63,979 nt of DNA, filler included, from an uncultured bacterium (GCA_964449065.1; 15 parts of 15 records of this genome joined end to end with filler, not necessarily neighbours in it), one strand, 5' to 3'; shown: positions 30,816-41,711, numbered from the whole stretch's first letter. Made by a program: numbers and translations. Notes: generated from the letters alone by a model not told the origin.

Positions 30816-31709
30816 CTAATAATTCAGTTCATCGGGGATAATGCCGAGACTTTGCCAACGGGCGGAGTGGAAAACAAGCAGGAACAAAACCAGGGCTGGG
30901 GCAATCCATAAAGCGGCGTCGATCATATCCAGATAACCACCATGGCCGGAGAAGTTGGAGCCGGAATCTTTGACGTTCGCGTCTCGTTTAATGGCGGATT
31001 CACACAAATCACCGATTTGCCCCAGGATCGACATAATCAAGGTGAATCCCGCCAGCATGATGCAGGTTAACCATAGAGGCAGGTCACCGAACACCGGACG
31101 GAATAGGAATGGGGAACCGGTTTGGAGTTGGTAGACGACCCCCACGATAACAATCACAAACATCGCGGTTACGGCTCCGGCCAAAGCGCCTTCCCAGGTT
31201 TTGTTGGGGCTGATAACCGGGCTCATTTTGTGTTTGCCGAATACCTTTCCGCCATAATAGCCTCCGGTGTCGGTAAAACAGGTCACGGCAAGCACGAAGA
31301 ATAAGTACGATGAGCCATAGGGCAGTTTGCGTAAATAGATCAGACAGGCCAAGGGAATTAACAAATAGACCATGGTAATGCTGTGAGCGGCCATTTCCAT
31401 GCGAAAGCCTTTGAGTGAGGTTCTCATACTGATGATGCTGCTTCCAAATAAAAACAGCAGGGCGGCCGAAATCAGCAGGTTTTCGTGAAAGGCGGCGGTG
31501 CTGTATATAAACAGCAGCGCCATCGCGTTTTGCCAAATGGTCACACAACGATTGGGCTGGCAATTGAGGAGCGGAACGATTTCCGCACGGGCACCGACAA
31601 AGAAAATCCAAGCAAGAAGGACAGAACACCATAGACCGTGTTCCCACAGGATACATAAAAAAAGAAGAGGAATGATGATTCCCGCGGTGATGATGCGTCT
31701 GTTGTGCAA
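30816..31709 (-). CDS. cdsA: Phosphatidate cytidylyltransferase
   Basis: DTGGYYGG..FGKHK.SP.ISPNKTWEG, GDL.ES.IKR...VKDSG....GHGG.LD. Confidence 0.95.
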   Translation of the reverse strand: MHNRRIITAGIIIPLLFLCILWEHGLWCSVLLAWIFFVGARAEIVPLLNCQPNRCVTIWQNAMALLFIYSTAAFHENLLISAALLFLFGSSIISMRTSLKGFRMEMAAHSITMVYLLIPLACLIYLRKLPYGSSYLFFVLAVTCFTDTGGYYGGKVFGKHKMSPVISPNKTWEGALAGAVTAMFVIVIVGVVYQLQTGSPFLFRPVFGDLPLWLTCIMLAGFTLIMSILGQIGDLCESAIKRDANVKDSGSNFSGHGGYLDMIDAALWIAPALVLFLLVFHSARWQSLGIIPDELNY

Positions 31710-31711
31710 GG

Positions 31712-32512
31712 TTATATCGCTCCGTCAATATCCACACCGCCGAAGCGGCGCTGGCGGTTTTGAAAACTGCATAGGGCACGAAACAGGTGCTCTTGGCGGA
31801 AGTCGGGCCAGAGCACATCGGTGATCCAAATTTCGGAATAGGCGATTTGCCAGAGTAGAAAGTTAGAAACCCGTACCTCGCCGCTGGTGCGGATGAGCAG
31901 GTCGAGTTCAGGATATCCGGCGGTATCAAGATAGCGTTCAAAGAGTTCGTCATTAATGTCGTCGGGTGTAATCTGTCCACTTTGGGAGGCTTGGGAAATC
32001 CGGCGGGCGGCATCGACGATTTCCTGTCTGCCGCCGTAAGATAACGCGAGAGACAACTGCATGGTTTCGCCGTCCGCGGTGGCGGATTTGGCTTTCTCCA
32101 ACGCTTTGATAACGGCGCGGGGAAGTTCATGCGTATGGCCGATGGTTTCCAGACGGATGCCGTTGTCTTTCATCTCGCGGATTTCACGGTTCAGAAAGTT
32201 GCACAACAAGATCATTAAAGCGTTGACTTCGGCTTGGGGGCGCTTCCAGTTTTCGGAAGAGAAAGCATAAAGAGTGAGTTGGCGGATTTCCAAACGGCGG
32301 CAGACACGCACGATTTCGCGCACCGATTTGATGCCGGCGCGGTGTCCTTCGATGCGCGGTTTGTTCGCCATCTTCGCCCAGCGGCCGTTGCCGTCCATAA
32401 TCACCGCGATGTGTTTGGGCAGGCGCTGCAGGTTCACCCCGGCCGCTTCCGCGCGCTGCATTGTTTCTTGCTGATGTTTAGGCAGTGCTTGTGCCGCGAA
32501 TGTGGTAGTCAC
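31712..32512 (-). CDS. uppS: Undecaprenyl diphosphate synthase
   Basis: HIAVIMDGNGRWA, YAFSSENWKRP, SYGGRQEI, IRTSGE.RVSNFLLWQ.AYSE. Confidence 0.97.
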   Translation of the reverse strand: MTTTFAAQALPKHQQETMQRAEAAGVNLQRLPKHIAVIMDGNGRWAKMANKPRIEGHRAGIKSVREIVRVCRRLEIRQLTLYAFSSENWKRPQAEVNALMILLCNFLNREIREMKDNGIRLETIGHTHELPRAVIKALEKAKSATADGETMQLSLALSYGGRQEIVDAARRISQASQSGQITPDDINDELFERYLDTAGYPELDLLIRTSGEVRVSNFLLWQIAYSEIWITDVLWPDFRQEHLFRALCSFQNRQRRFGGVDIDGAI

Positions 32513-32648
32513 AATAGTTTAACCTTTTACTTCACGATAATTGTACTATTCGTATACGAATAAAGGAATCAAAGATTACGTTCGATCGTCAGATTTTCCA
32601 CGCTATGCCTTTATACATTCTAATCCGCTGGCAGAATAACATAACCGA

Positions 32649-33593
32649 ATGATTCTTCAACTCAATCCTCACAGTTCCGCATTCTTTTGTGCCATCGCCG
32701 GGCCGACCGCTTCGGGGAAAACCCAATTGGCCTTGCAGCTGGCAGAGCGGAAAGGCGTGGAAATCGTCAGTGTGGATTCGATGCAGGTCTACCGGGGATT
32801 GGATATCGGTACCGCGAAACCGACAAAAGAAGAACAGCGGTGTGTGCGGCATTATGGGCTGGATTTGGTGAATCCGGATACATGGTTTAGCGCGGACCGG
32901 TATACGGAAATGATGGAACCGGTGTTGGAGGAGGCATGGCGGCGCGGCGCCCCGTTGCTGTTGTGCGGCGGGACGGGATTGTATTTTCGGGCATTGTTGG
33001 AGGGATTTATTTCGACTCCAAGACCGGACCCGAATTTGCGGAACCGGTTGTATGAGCGGCTGAAAAAACGAGGCAACGAGGCGGTGTATCGTGAACTGCA
33101 AGCGATTGATCCAAACACAGCCCTGGAATTGCATCCCAACGACAGCCGGCGGGTTTTGCGGGGGTTGGAAATTTATTACCAAACGGGCAAACCGCTCTCC
33201 GTATTAAAAGAAAGCCAGCCGCGAAAGCCGTGGATGGAAAACACCGTGTTTGTTGGATTGCGTTGGCCGCGGGAGGCCATCCGTGAGCGAATCCAACAGC
33301 GCAGCGCTTGGATGTATAAGAACGGGCTGATCGAGGAGACGGAATGGCTCATGAGTTTGGGGTTGGATGAATCGCTAACCGCCATGCAGGCGTTGGGATA
33401 TAAAGAATGTAGAAAATACATACAAGGGGAGATATCCTTGGAACAGGCGGTTGAATGGACGGCACGGAATACATCCCGTTATGCAAAACGGCAGATGACT
33501 TGGTTTCGGCATCAATTTCCGCTGCATTGGGTGGACTGCGGGGCGGACAAACCGGCAAAAGAAATTGTTGAAGAGTGCTTGCAAATATGGTGA
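32649..33593 (+). CDS. miaA: tRNA dimethylallyltransferase
   Basis: GPTASGKT, DSMQVYRGLDIGTAKP, GGTGLY, ALGYKE, YAKRQMTWFR. Confidence 0.97.
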   Translation: MILQLNPHSSAFFCAIAGPTASGKTQLALQLAERKGVEIVSVDSMQVYRGLDIGTAKPTKEEQRCVRHYGLDLVNPDTWFSADRYTEMMEPVLEEAWRRGAPLLLCGGTGLYFRALLEGFISTPRPDPNLRNRLYERLKKRGNEAVYRELQAIDPNTALELHPNDSRRVLRGLEIYYQTGKPLSVLKESQPRKPWMENTVFVGLRWPREAIRERIQQRSAWMYKNGLIEETEWLMSLGLDESLTAMQALGYKECRKYIQGEISLEQAVEWTARNTSRYAKRQMTWFRHQFPLHWVDCGADKPAKEIVEECLQIW

Positions 33594-33714
33594 AATCGTG
33601 TTAAGTGTGCTATACTAGTCAACCAGAAGAAAATTACCATTACATTTGTATTATAAACCGCGTGTTTATTCTGAAATGTATGACCGAACGAAGTGAGGGG
33701 GTCTTTGAATCCAA

Positions 33715-34017
33715 ATGAAGAATGTAATGAATGTGCAAGACAGTTTTTTGAATCAGGCACGGCGTGAAAAAATTGCGTTGACCGTGCATTTGGTGGACGG
33801 TTCGGATTTGCATGGGAAGGTTTCCGCGTTTGACAACTTCACCGTCATCTTGGTGAACGACGAGAGAGAAGAGCAGTACCTGGTGTATAAGCACGCGGTG
33901 GCGACCGTGATGCCTTCGCCGAAAACCAAGGTCCGCTGGAACCAAATGGATGAAAAGGAAGCCGGCAGTGGCGGCAGCGTCGGCAGCCGCAGCGGCGGGT
34001 ACAAAAAACGCGATTAG
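33715..34017 (+). CDS. hfq: RNA chaperone Hfq
   Basis: QDSFLN, L.G.V..FDNFTV, LVYKHAVATVMP. Lies downstream of miaA. Confidence 0.92.
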   Translation: MKNVMNVQDSFLNQARREKIALTVHLVDGSDLHGKVSAFDNFTVILVNDEREEQYLVYKHAVATVMPSPKTKVRWNQMDEKEAGSGGSVGSRSGGYKKRD

Positions 34018-34189
34018 TTCTACACGAGCGAGCAGACTAAACGGATTGCGTTCTGGCCTTGGGTCAGAGCGCAATTTTTCTAACCGGATACTTGAATTCG
34101 AAGGGCGATGGATGGATTCGACCGCCGATCAACAATGGCTATCCCAAGCCGCGCGCGAGAAGGAAAACGAGTAAAAACCTGCGGTTGAC

Positions 34190-34468
34190 TTACGAACCGG
34201 TGTTGCGTTTGTTCTCGGTATTCTTTAAATACTCTTTTTCGCGCCGTTTCAAAATGGTTTCAATCCGATCGGCCAGTTCGTTGGGCACAAGCGACTCGAG
34301 ACGGCTCCGGAAATCGGCTTCGACCTCGCGGTAATCCGCCCTTTCGTTATAAGGGGTTCTATCCATGGGTGCTTTCTCGTCCATAATATCATCGATTTCT
34401 GCCAAAGCGCGCACGTGGAGAATGAGCCGAAACCGATCGCGGAGGTTTCTTCCAATGTGTGGAACCAT
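34190..34468 (-). CDS. Small hypothetical protein (start uncertain)
   Basis: Helical charged ORF convergent with hfq. No recognisable motif. Confidence 0.35.
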   Translation of the reverse strand: MVPHIGRNLRDRFRLILHVRALAEIDDIMDEKAPMDRTPYNERADYREVEADFRSRLESLVPNELADRIETILKRREKEYLKNTENKRNTGS

Positions 34469-34989
34469 GTTATTGGAGGTGGAATGCTACCATTTAAATC
34501 CGGTGAAGTTCTCGCGGCGCAACGTCTCAGCAAAGGAAAGAGATTGCGGTAATCCATCGAAACTCACCGATATACCAATGGTAATAAATCCGACTCATCA
34601 CCCTCGCGCCCGTACGGCATTTCCGTTTCCGAGACGCTTATGATCAACACTATCGGCTTGGATTTGAATACCTTAACCCGTCATCATACTTATTTTTTCT
34701 TGAGCTTTTTTTTGCGTTTTTTATGAATCGTTGACTGCGGATTTTGGGAGGTCGCCAATTTCTTAACTGATGTTACGCAATCCATGATTGACGATTGCTT
34801 GAAAAATGGTTTTTGTTGTGAGCCAACTATTCTCAGTCAAACGCAGTGTCTATCGTCTTCTCCCTTTGGGAGAAGATAAGAGATGAGGGNNNNNNNNNNN
34901 NNNNNNNNNNNNNNNNNNNNNNNNNNNNNNNNNTTAATTAATTAANNNNNNNNNNNNNNNNNNNNNNNNNNNNNNNNNNNNNNNNNNNN

Positions 34990-35448
34990 GAAGCGGATGA
35001 AGAAGCCCGCGCGAATATGCTGATCGCGGCAGCCTATGCCGGAACGGCGATTGAAAACAGCATGTTGGGTGCTGCACACGCGATGGCAAATCCGTTAACG
35101 GCCAAATACGATACAGTACATGGGCAGGCGGTGGGACTGATGATTCCACATGTAATGCGGTTCAACGCGCGGGTTCCTGAGATTGCATCAACCTATAAAA
35201 AACTCGCCGTCCGGTGTGAACTGGCGCTGTCAACCGACCGTGATGAGCAAGCGGTTGAAAGCATCATTCGGTTTTGGCTTGATTTGATGCATCAAGCGGA
35301 TATGAAAACCCGGCTGAGCGAATTCCACATCCCGGAAGCGGATATCCCCTCACTGGCACAGCAAGCGGCAAAGCAGTGGACGGGCAACTTCAATCCCCGC
35401 CCGCTCACTGAGCAGGACTTCGTGTCAATCTATTCCAACGCCTTCTAA
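34990..35448 (+). CDS. Iron-containing alcohol dehydrogenase (5'-partial)
   Basis: AG.AI.NS.LGAAHAMA.PL.....HGQAV, FNPRP. Confidence 0.9.
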   Translation, partial: EADEEARANMLIAAAYAGTAIENSMLGAAHAMANPLTAKYDTVHGQAVGLMIPHVMRFNARVPEIASTYKKLAVRCELALSTDRDEQAVESIIRFWLDLMHQADMKTRLSEFHIPEADIPSLAQQAAKQWTGNFNPRPLTEQDFVSIYSNAF

Positions 35449-35510
35449 AACGAAAATCCAAACGTGTTATAATTTTCAAAAACCTTAAAATTCGGTATAA
35501 TTAATTTACT

Positions 35511-36629
35511 ATGAACAAAAAATTTCTATCGATCTATTTCATCTTGTTTCTGGCAGCCACTCCGCTTGTCCGCGCGGATTGGAATATGTTCCGCGGCGGG
35601 CAAGAGCAGCTGGGCATTGCGGAAGGCACCCTTCCGGACAATCTGGAACTGCTGTGGACATTTAAAACCGAAGATATGATCACCAACTCGTCGGCGGTAA
35701 TCGGCAAAGGCAATGTCTACATCGGCTCAACGGATCAGCATGTGTACGCGCTGGATTTTGAAACCGGCGAAAAAGTATGGTCGTTCAAAACAGATGATTT
35801 TGTCGAAGCCCCGCCTATGCTGTTGAACGATAAGTTGTATGTCGGTTCCAATGACGGGTATTTGTATTGTTTGGACGCGGAAACCGGCAAAGAAATATGG
35901 AAGTTTGAAACCATGGCGGAAGTTATGGGATCCGCGAATTGGACACCCGCTTTATCCGGAGAAGGAACCTGGATCGTGTTCGGCAGCTATGACGGTTCGC
36001 TCTATTGCGTGGATTCAGAATCCGGCGAAAAAAAATGGGATTTTCTCTCCAATAATTACATCAACGGTTCACCCGCCATTAGTGACGGCAAAGCCATTGT
36101 GGGCGGATGCGACGCGTTTATTTATGTGATTGATGTAAAAGATGGAACGAGCGTATCGGAGTTTGATACCGGTGCTTACATTATCGCGTCGATGGCCTAT
36201 ACCGGCGGCAAGGCGTATGTCGGCAATTACGGCAATGAATTTATGTGTGTGGATATCAACAAATTGGAACGCGTTTGGGATTATACCTACAGGCGCTTTC
36301 CGTTTTATTCATCCGCCGCGATAACAGATCAATATGCCGTGTTCGGCGGACGCGACCGCTATATGCATTGCGTGGATAAATTGACCGGAGAAGCAAAATG
36401 GCAGTTCCGCACCCGCGGGCAGGTGGACAGCTCGCCTGTAGTAATCGGGAACGATGTGCTATTTGGCTCTGCCGATGGACGGTTGTATCGCGTTGGTTTG
36501 GAAGACGGGGAAGAGAAATGGAGTTATGAAATCGGCGCTGCCGTGTTAACCTCACCGGCGGTTTCGGATGGCAAAGTCGTTATCGGCGCGGAAGACGGAA
36601 CCGTGTATCTTTTCGGGCGCAAGCCCTGA
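35511..36629 (+). CDS. Secreted PQQ-like (BamB-type) beta-propeller protein
   Basis: Signal peptide, W.MFRG, repeated SSP.....VY.GS.DG.LY.LD..TG...W. Confidence 0.9.
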   Translation: MNKKFLSIYFILFLAATPLVRADWNMFRGGQEQLGIAEGTLPDNLELLWTFKTEDMITNSSAVIGKGNVYIGSTDQHVYALDFETGEKVWSFKTDDFVEAPPMLLNDKLYVGSNDGYLYCLDAETGKEIWKFETMAEVMGSANWTPALSGEGTWIVFGSYDGSLYCVDSESGEKKWDFLSNNYINGSPAISDGKAIVGGCDAFIYVIDVKDGTSVSEFDTGAYIIASMAYTGGKAYVGNYGNEFMCVDINKLERVWDYTYRRFPFYSSAAITDQYAVFGGRDRYMHCVDKLTGEAKWQFRTRGQVDSSPVVIGNDVLFGSADGRLYRVGLEDGEEKWSYEIGAAVLTSPAVSDGKVVIGAEDGTVYLFGRKP

Positions 36630-36702
36630 TATCTTGCTTCTTTCCGTTCTAACGAAACATTTCACCTGCGATAACGACTAATTTTTTATAGAGGAGATCA
36701 TT

Positions 36703-38040
36703 ATGGCGACGACAGCGATTCCGAACAAACCAGAGACAAAAGATAAAAAGACAACGGTAGGCAGTTATTTTGTCTCGAACTACCCGCCCTTTTCGTTTTG
36801 GTCGGAAGAAAACAACCCGGATGTGCTTGATGCGATCCAGCGGCCCCCGCAAGAAGATAAACCCATTGGGCTGTATATGCATATCCCGTTTTGCCGCAAA
36901 CGCTGCCACTTTTGTTATTTTAAAGTGTATACCGATAAAAACGCGAAGGACATTCGCACCTACATCGATGCGCTGCAAAAAGAAATGTCATTCTATGCAG
37001 GCAAACCATTCATCGGCGGCCGCAAACCGAAATTTGTTTATTTCGGCGGGGGAACACCGTCCTACATTTCGACAAAACAATTGAACGAGTTGGTTGGAAA
37101 TCTCAAAGAACAATGGTCTTGGGATGAAGCGGAAGAAGTCACGTTTGAATGCGAACCCGGTACGCTTTCCGGTGATAAATTAAAAGTCATTCGCGATATC
37201 GGGGTAACCCGTTTGAGCTTTGGCGTGGAAAACTTTAAGGATGAAATTTTAGAACTCAACGGCCGCGCGCACCGGTCGGAAGAAATTTATTCCCGCTACG
37301 AAGATGCCAAGGCGTTGAACTTTCCACAAATCAATATCGATTTGATTGCCGGGATGATTGGTGAAACAGAAGAAAACTGGCAGAAAAACGTGGAAACCGC
37401 GATTGAGATGGAACCGGAAATTATCACTATCTATCAGATGGAAGTCCCGTTTAATACCACCATCTATCAAAATATGAAGAATGAAGGCAGCGACGTAGCG
37501 CCGGTGGCGGATTGGGAAACCAAACGCCGCTGGGTGGATGAAGCGTTTGCGGAATTTGAAAAAAAAGGCTACCGCATCACCAGCGGATATTCCGCCGTGC
37601 ATAAAGACACCCACGATAAGTTTTTGTACCGCGATATGCTGTGGCACGATGCTGATCTTTTGAGCTTGGGGGTATCTTCTTTCTCCCATATTCATTCCAC
37701 CCATTTCCAAAATCAAAAAGACTTTGTACCGTATATTGAGGATGTGCAGGCCGGAAAGTTTCCGTTGCGGCGCTCGTATACGCTTTCACGTGAAGAGGCG
37801 ATGATTCGCGAGTTTATTTTGCAGTTGAAACTCAGCAATTTGGATACAACCTATTTCGAATCCAAATACGGTGTAAATATTTTAGACCTCTTTGCGGCGC
37901 CGTTGGCGCAACTGCGTCAAGAGGGCGTATTGTATATCGAAGGAAAAGTCATTCATTTGAGCGATAAAGGCATGTTGGAAATCGACTCTTGGCTTCCGCA
38001 TTTCTTTTTGCCGGAGCATCAAGATGCCCGCTACACTTAA
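36703..38040 (+). CDS. HemN-like (class C) radical SAM protein
   Basis: LYMHIPFCRKRCHFCYF (CxxxCxxC), YFGGGTPS, ECEPG, RLSFGVE, NIDLIAG. Confidence 0.9.
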   Translation: MATTAIPNKPETKDKKTTVGSYFVSNYPPFSFWSEENNPDVLDAIQRPPQEDKPIGLYMHIPFCRKRCHFCYFKVYTDKNAKDIRTYIDALQKEMSFYAGKPFIGGRKPKFVYFGGGTPSYISTKQLNELVGNLKEQWSWDEAEEVTFECEPGTLSGDKLKVIRDIGVTRLSFGVENFKDEILELNGRAHRSEEIYSRYEDAKALNFPQINIDLIAGMIGETEENWQKNVETAIEMEPEIITIYQMEVPFNTTIYQNMKNEGSDVAPVADWETKRRWVDEAFAEFEKKGYRITSGYSAVHKDTHDKFLYRDMLWHDADLLSLGVSSFSHIHSTHFQNQKDFVPYIEDVQAGKFPLRRSYTLSREEAMIREFILQLKLSNLDTTYFESKYGVNILDLFAAPLAQLRQEGVLYIEGKVIHLSDKGMLEIDSWLPHFFLPEHQDARYT

Positions 38041-38045
38041 AAGCA

Positions 38046-38073
38046 GTGACGAGTGACATGTGACGAGTGAATA
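38046..38073 (+). repeat. Heptamer tandem repeat (GTGACGA-like x4)
   Basis: gtgacga gtgacat gtgacga gtgaata. Related arrays at ~24243-24315, ~25200-25216 and ~4466-4480. Confidence 0.6.
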
Positions 38074-38139
38074 GTAGAAGGCAAGAAAGATATAATACGG
38101 CTGGATTAAGGATTATTTGACGGAAGCGAAAGGTTGCCG

Positions 38140-38718
38140 ATGCAGATTTTGTTGAATGGAGTCGATATTCTCGCTCCATTACAGTATTTTTATCAATCCA
38201 CCCAGCATGTGTTTCCGGAAATTAAAATGCTGGACGGCAGCCGTATGCCCGAACCCGCCCGTCAATTGTTGGTTCATGATAGGGATATGACCCCAACTCT
38301 TATCGATTTTTTTGGTGAAGATATCGAGTTGGAGGTACTGGATATGGAAGAAGAACATTTGACCATAAAACGGGAAGTCATCCTGCATTTGGTTGAAACT
38401 CGTGTTCCGGTTGAATTTGGTGCAATCAAGATTGATATATCTCTCATGGAACCGCCAGTACGTGATATGGTGCGTGAAGGCAAAAAACCGCTGGGCGGCA
38501 TTTTGAACGAGCAAAATTTACAGCACCAAAGCAGCCCGAGTGGATACTTTCAAGTCACATCCGATGATATACTTCAAAGAGCATTTGAATTTAATGATTT
38601 TCCAGTGCTGTATGGAAGATGTAACACGCTTAAATACGCGAATGGGAACACCCTGGCGGATGTGGTTGAGGTGCTTCCCCCATTAGAAATCTTAAATCGG
38701 TACAGAAAGGAATTATGA
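38140..38718 (+). CDS. Chorismate pyruvate-lyase-like (UbiC/DUF98 fold) protein
   Basis: LLVHD.DMT.TL, I.LEVL, REVIL, PVEFG, PLGGIL, YGR....Y, VVEVLP pattern. Confidence 0.65.
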   Translation: MQILLNGVDILAPLQYFYQSTQHVFPEIKMLDGSRMPEPARQLLVHDRDMTPTLIDFFGEDIELEVLDMEEEHLTIKREVILHLVETRVPVEFGAIKIDISLMEPPVRDMVREGKKPLGGILNEQNLQHQSSPSGYFQVTSDDILQRAFEFNDFPVLYGRCNTLKYANGNTLADVVEVLPPLEILNRYRKEL

Positions 38719-39225
38719 TGGAAGCGAATTATGATGCAATCGTGATTGGTGCAGGTCCTGCTGGATCAACTTCAGCGGCATTGTTGGCCGAAATGGGCTG
38801 GCGGGTTTGTGTGTTGGAAAAAAGGCCATTTCCCCGGTATCACGTTGGCGAATCGTTGATTCCTTACACGTATTATACACTCAACCGGTTGGGGATGATT
38901 GAAAAACTCAATAAATCGGCGTTTGTAAAAAAACTTAGCGTACAGTTTGTATCCACGCAAGGGAATGTATCGGAACCATTTTATTTCTTTAAACACAACG
39001 ATCATCCCTCATCGCAAACCTATCAGGTCACACGGGATGAATTTGACCAAATGCTGTTGGATAACGCGGTTGAAAAGGGCGCGGAAGTACGCATGGGCCA
39101 TGCCGCGCGAGAACTAATGGAAGAAGATGGTGTGGTAAAAGGGCTTGTTGTTGAAGACACTGACGGGCTGCGTTATGACTTGCGCGCATCGTTTACAATA
39201 GACGCCACCGGGTTGGATACCTTTG
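38715..39225 (+). CDS. FAD-dependent oxidoreductase, flavin-dependent halogenase-like (3'-partial)
   Basis: GAGPAG, EK..FPRYHVGESL.P, FVKK, QVTRDEFD.MLL.NA..KGAEV, IDATG. Confidence 0.8.
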
Positions 39226-39370
39226 NNNNNNNNNNNNNNNNNNNNNNNNNNNNNNNNNNNNNNNNNNNNTTAATTAATTAANNNNNNNNNNNNNNNNNNN
39301 NNNNNNNNNNNNNNNNNNNNNNNNNCTATCCCCCTCCGCCCTCTAGACTTAGCGATACGCTGACTCCCTA

Positions 39371-40539
39371 AAGTTACCTATGTTCCGTTTATACAGCGAA
39401 ATGACTTCACTTCCTATGCCAGTGAGTGGCGCGCGTCTAATCCGTTTGCAGTATCTTGGCAAATTGATGGAATCTATCTGATCTTTGTCTCTATATTGCT
39501 GATCCATTTATCCATTGGAATATTTTCAAAGAAAAACAGAATCTCCCTGCCTGTATTGGCTGTTACAGCATTTATCATTTGGATGTCGATATCATCCATG
39601 CGGTTTATGTGGATGTGGATACTGCTTTTTCCCATGATCGCGGGATGGTTTTCAGCGATGAAATGGGACCGGTCAATTACGGCGAACCGCTTGGGTAAGC
39701 AGTTGGCTTATATTTTGCCATTGGTTTTGCTTGGTATCTTTACGTTTGATCAAAGGCGGTTTCATCGTCATGAGTTTCAACAGCCATCGTACGCGATACG
39801 CTTTTTGCAGGATGCCGGAATAGAAGGGAATGTGTTTCTATCTCATATGTGGGGCGGTGAATTGGCGTTTAAGATGTATCCTCAATGCAGACCCTTATGT
39901 GATATACGGCTGGATTTATACTCTCCAGATTTAGTGGATGTTGTCGTTTACAAAATTCAAAGAGATCCAATCACGGTTTACAGTATAATTGATGAGGCCG
40001 ACCTTCAAATCGCAATGGTGCCGAACAAGGCATTTCAAACCAACTTGTTTGAGTATGAATCTGAATGGCAACGGGTTTTTGATAACGGAAACACCACAAT
40101 CTATTTGAAAGATACTCCCGAAAATCCATCCAATATTCAAAACGTTCAACAGTTCTATGAATTGAATGAAATTAGCGTACTTCAAGATAATGAAATTGAA
40201 GTTGCTTCTATTATTCTATCTTCACCTTCTTTTTTTGAACAATACAGTTGGCTTAATCAAGATATGATTAACGTTTTAAATGAATCTGCCAAATCGGCTT
40301 TACGTGCTCTTAAAGATAATGAATTAAATGAAAATGAAGAGGTCGTAATAAATGTGTATGTAGATAATATGATTGAACACGGATTTTTTTATGAAACAAT
40401 TTCATTCATAAAAAGAGTTCAGGCTATTGAACCATTAAGACCTGCACTAAAAGACAAACTGGCGAACTGCTATCTTCGAATTGGAGATCAGATCATGGCA
40501 AAATCTCTGAAAGATTCTCCAATTACAAGCAATATTTAA
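39371..40539 (+). pseudogene. C-terminal part of a polytopic membrane protein (GT-C-like), 5'-truncated
   Basis: Frame is open from 39364 with no start before a TTG inside a TM segment. Several TM helices, then A..FL......GNVF....WGG.L.....P......D.R..LY. Confidence 0.5.
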
Positions 40540-40768
40540 AAATTACATCCCCCGCCGCACCATGCTTTCGATCCGTGTCGGCAGGCCGTACAGGCGGATG
40601 AAGCCTTCCGTGCTGTGCTGGATTCGGCATATCCAATGAATACTTCCTAAACATACCCAAAATAGCTCACGTTTTACCTTTTAATTTACAGATTTTGTCT
40701 ATTGATATATATTATGGTAGTATGAATGCTCCTGCATAACACCGTTGCTCAGTTAAGGACAAAATCTC

Positions 40769-41711
40769 ATGGCGTTTCAAGTCTTGGTTGCGAACGATTA
40801 TGGAGCACCTATCGGGAAATGTATTTCCTGCATATTGGGGAAAGAGAGCTACCGCGTTGTTCACGCGGAAACGGTATCCGACCTGGAACAAACTGTGCAA
40901 ACCCACCAAGCGGATTTGATGATGTTCGATTACCGCTTTGCCGAAAAGAACGGCTTGGAATTGGCCGATGCATACCGGATTGTGTTCCCGCAAACGCCGC
41001 AAATTCTGTTCACCGCCTATTGGACAAAGGAACTGGCAAGCGAGTGCGAAGCGCGCCGGATGCTGCTGATGAAAAAGCCGTTTTGGGAGGACGGGCTGCG
41101 GGAGATCGTGCGGATTTATGAACGCTGCGTGTCTCAAGGCAAACCCTGGCAGGATGCCTATCATGAAGAACTGCGGGAATATCACGAGACCGCCCACCCA
41201 GTGATCGCTTGGATGCCGCGGGGAAATCAAGATATGTTTTATCAAATGATGATGGACCTGTTTGATGGGGAAGTGCATTTTGCGCGCCAAACAATCCGGG
41301 ACAAAGCAACCGCGAAACAAATTGTTCAGGAGGCGTTCGATACGATATATAACCGCAATCCGGAGTTCAGCCGCCCGGGGGCGTTTCAGGCCTATTTAAG
41401 AAATACAGTACACGGCAAAGATGGTCGATTGGATTCGTAAGAATATACGGGAGCAGAAACAAGTGGATTTTGTAGAGACGCTGCCGGAAACCCCAACCCA
41501 CGCCCCTTCACCCTTCGATGAGTTGGAGAAAAAGCAAATGCTGTCCCTGCTATGGGAAGAAATCGCATTGCTGCCGCAGCGGGAGAAAGCGGTGATGCAG
41601 TTGTATTGTGAAAACAAAACCTATCAGCAAATCGCTGAAGAGACAGGACTTACGGTGAAGCAGGTGGAAAACATTATCTATCTTGCAAAACAAAAAATGA
41701 AAAAATATTAA
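40769..41711 (+). pseudogene. Receiver domain-ECF sigma factor fusion, frameshifted at ~41417-41420
   Basis: REC (DLMMFD....NGLEL, FTAY, KP) + sigma2 (IVQEAF...FQAYL..TV.GK|MVDWIRK) + sigma4 (LP.REK.V..LY....TYQQIAE.TG.....V). Removing one A from ggcaaagatg joins the two ORFs. Confidence 0.75.

Noticed and set aside
31084..32130. 348-aa ORF overlapping uppS/cdsA, and other long alternate-frame or antisense ORFs (e.g. 48174 and 57785 starts inside repeats)
   Set aside because: Shadow frames of well-supported genes or read-through of repeat DNA, with no recognisable motifs.
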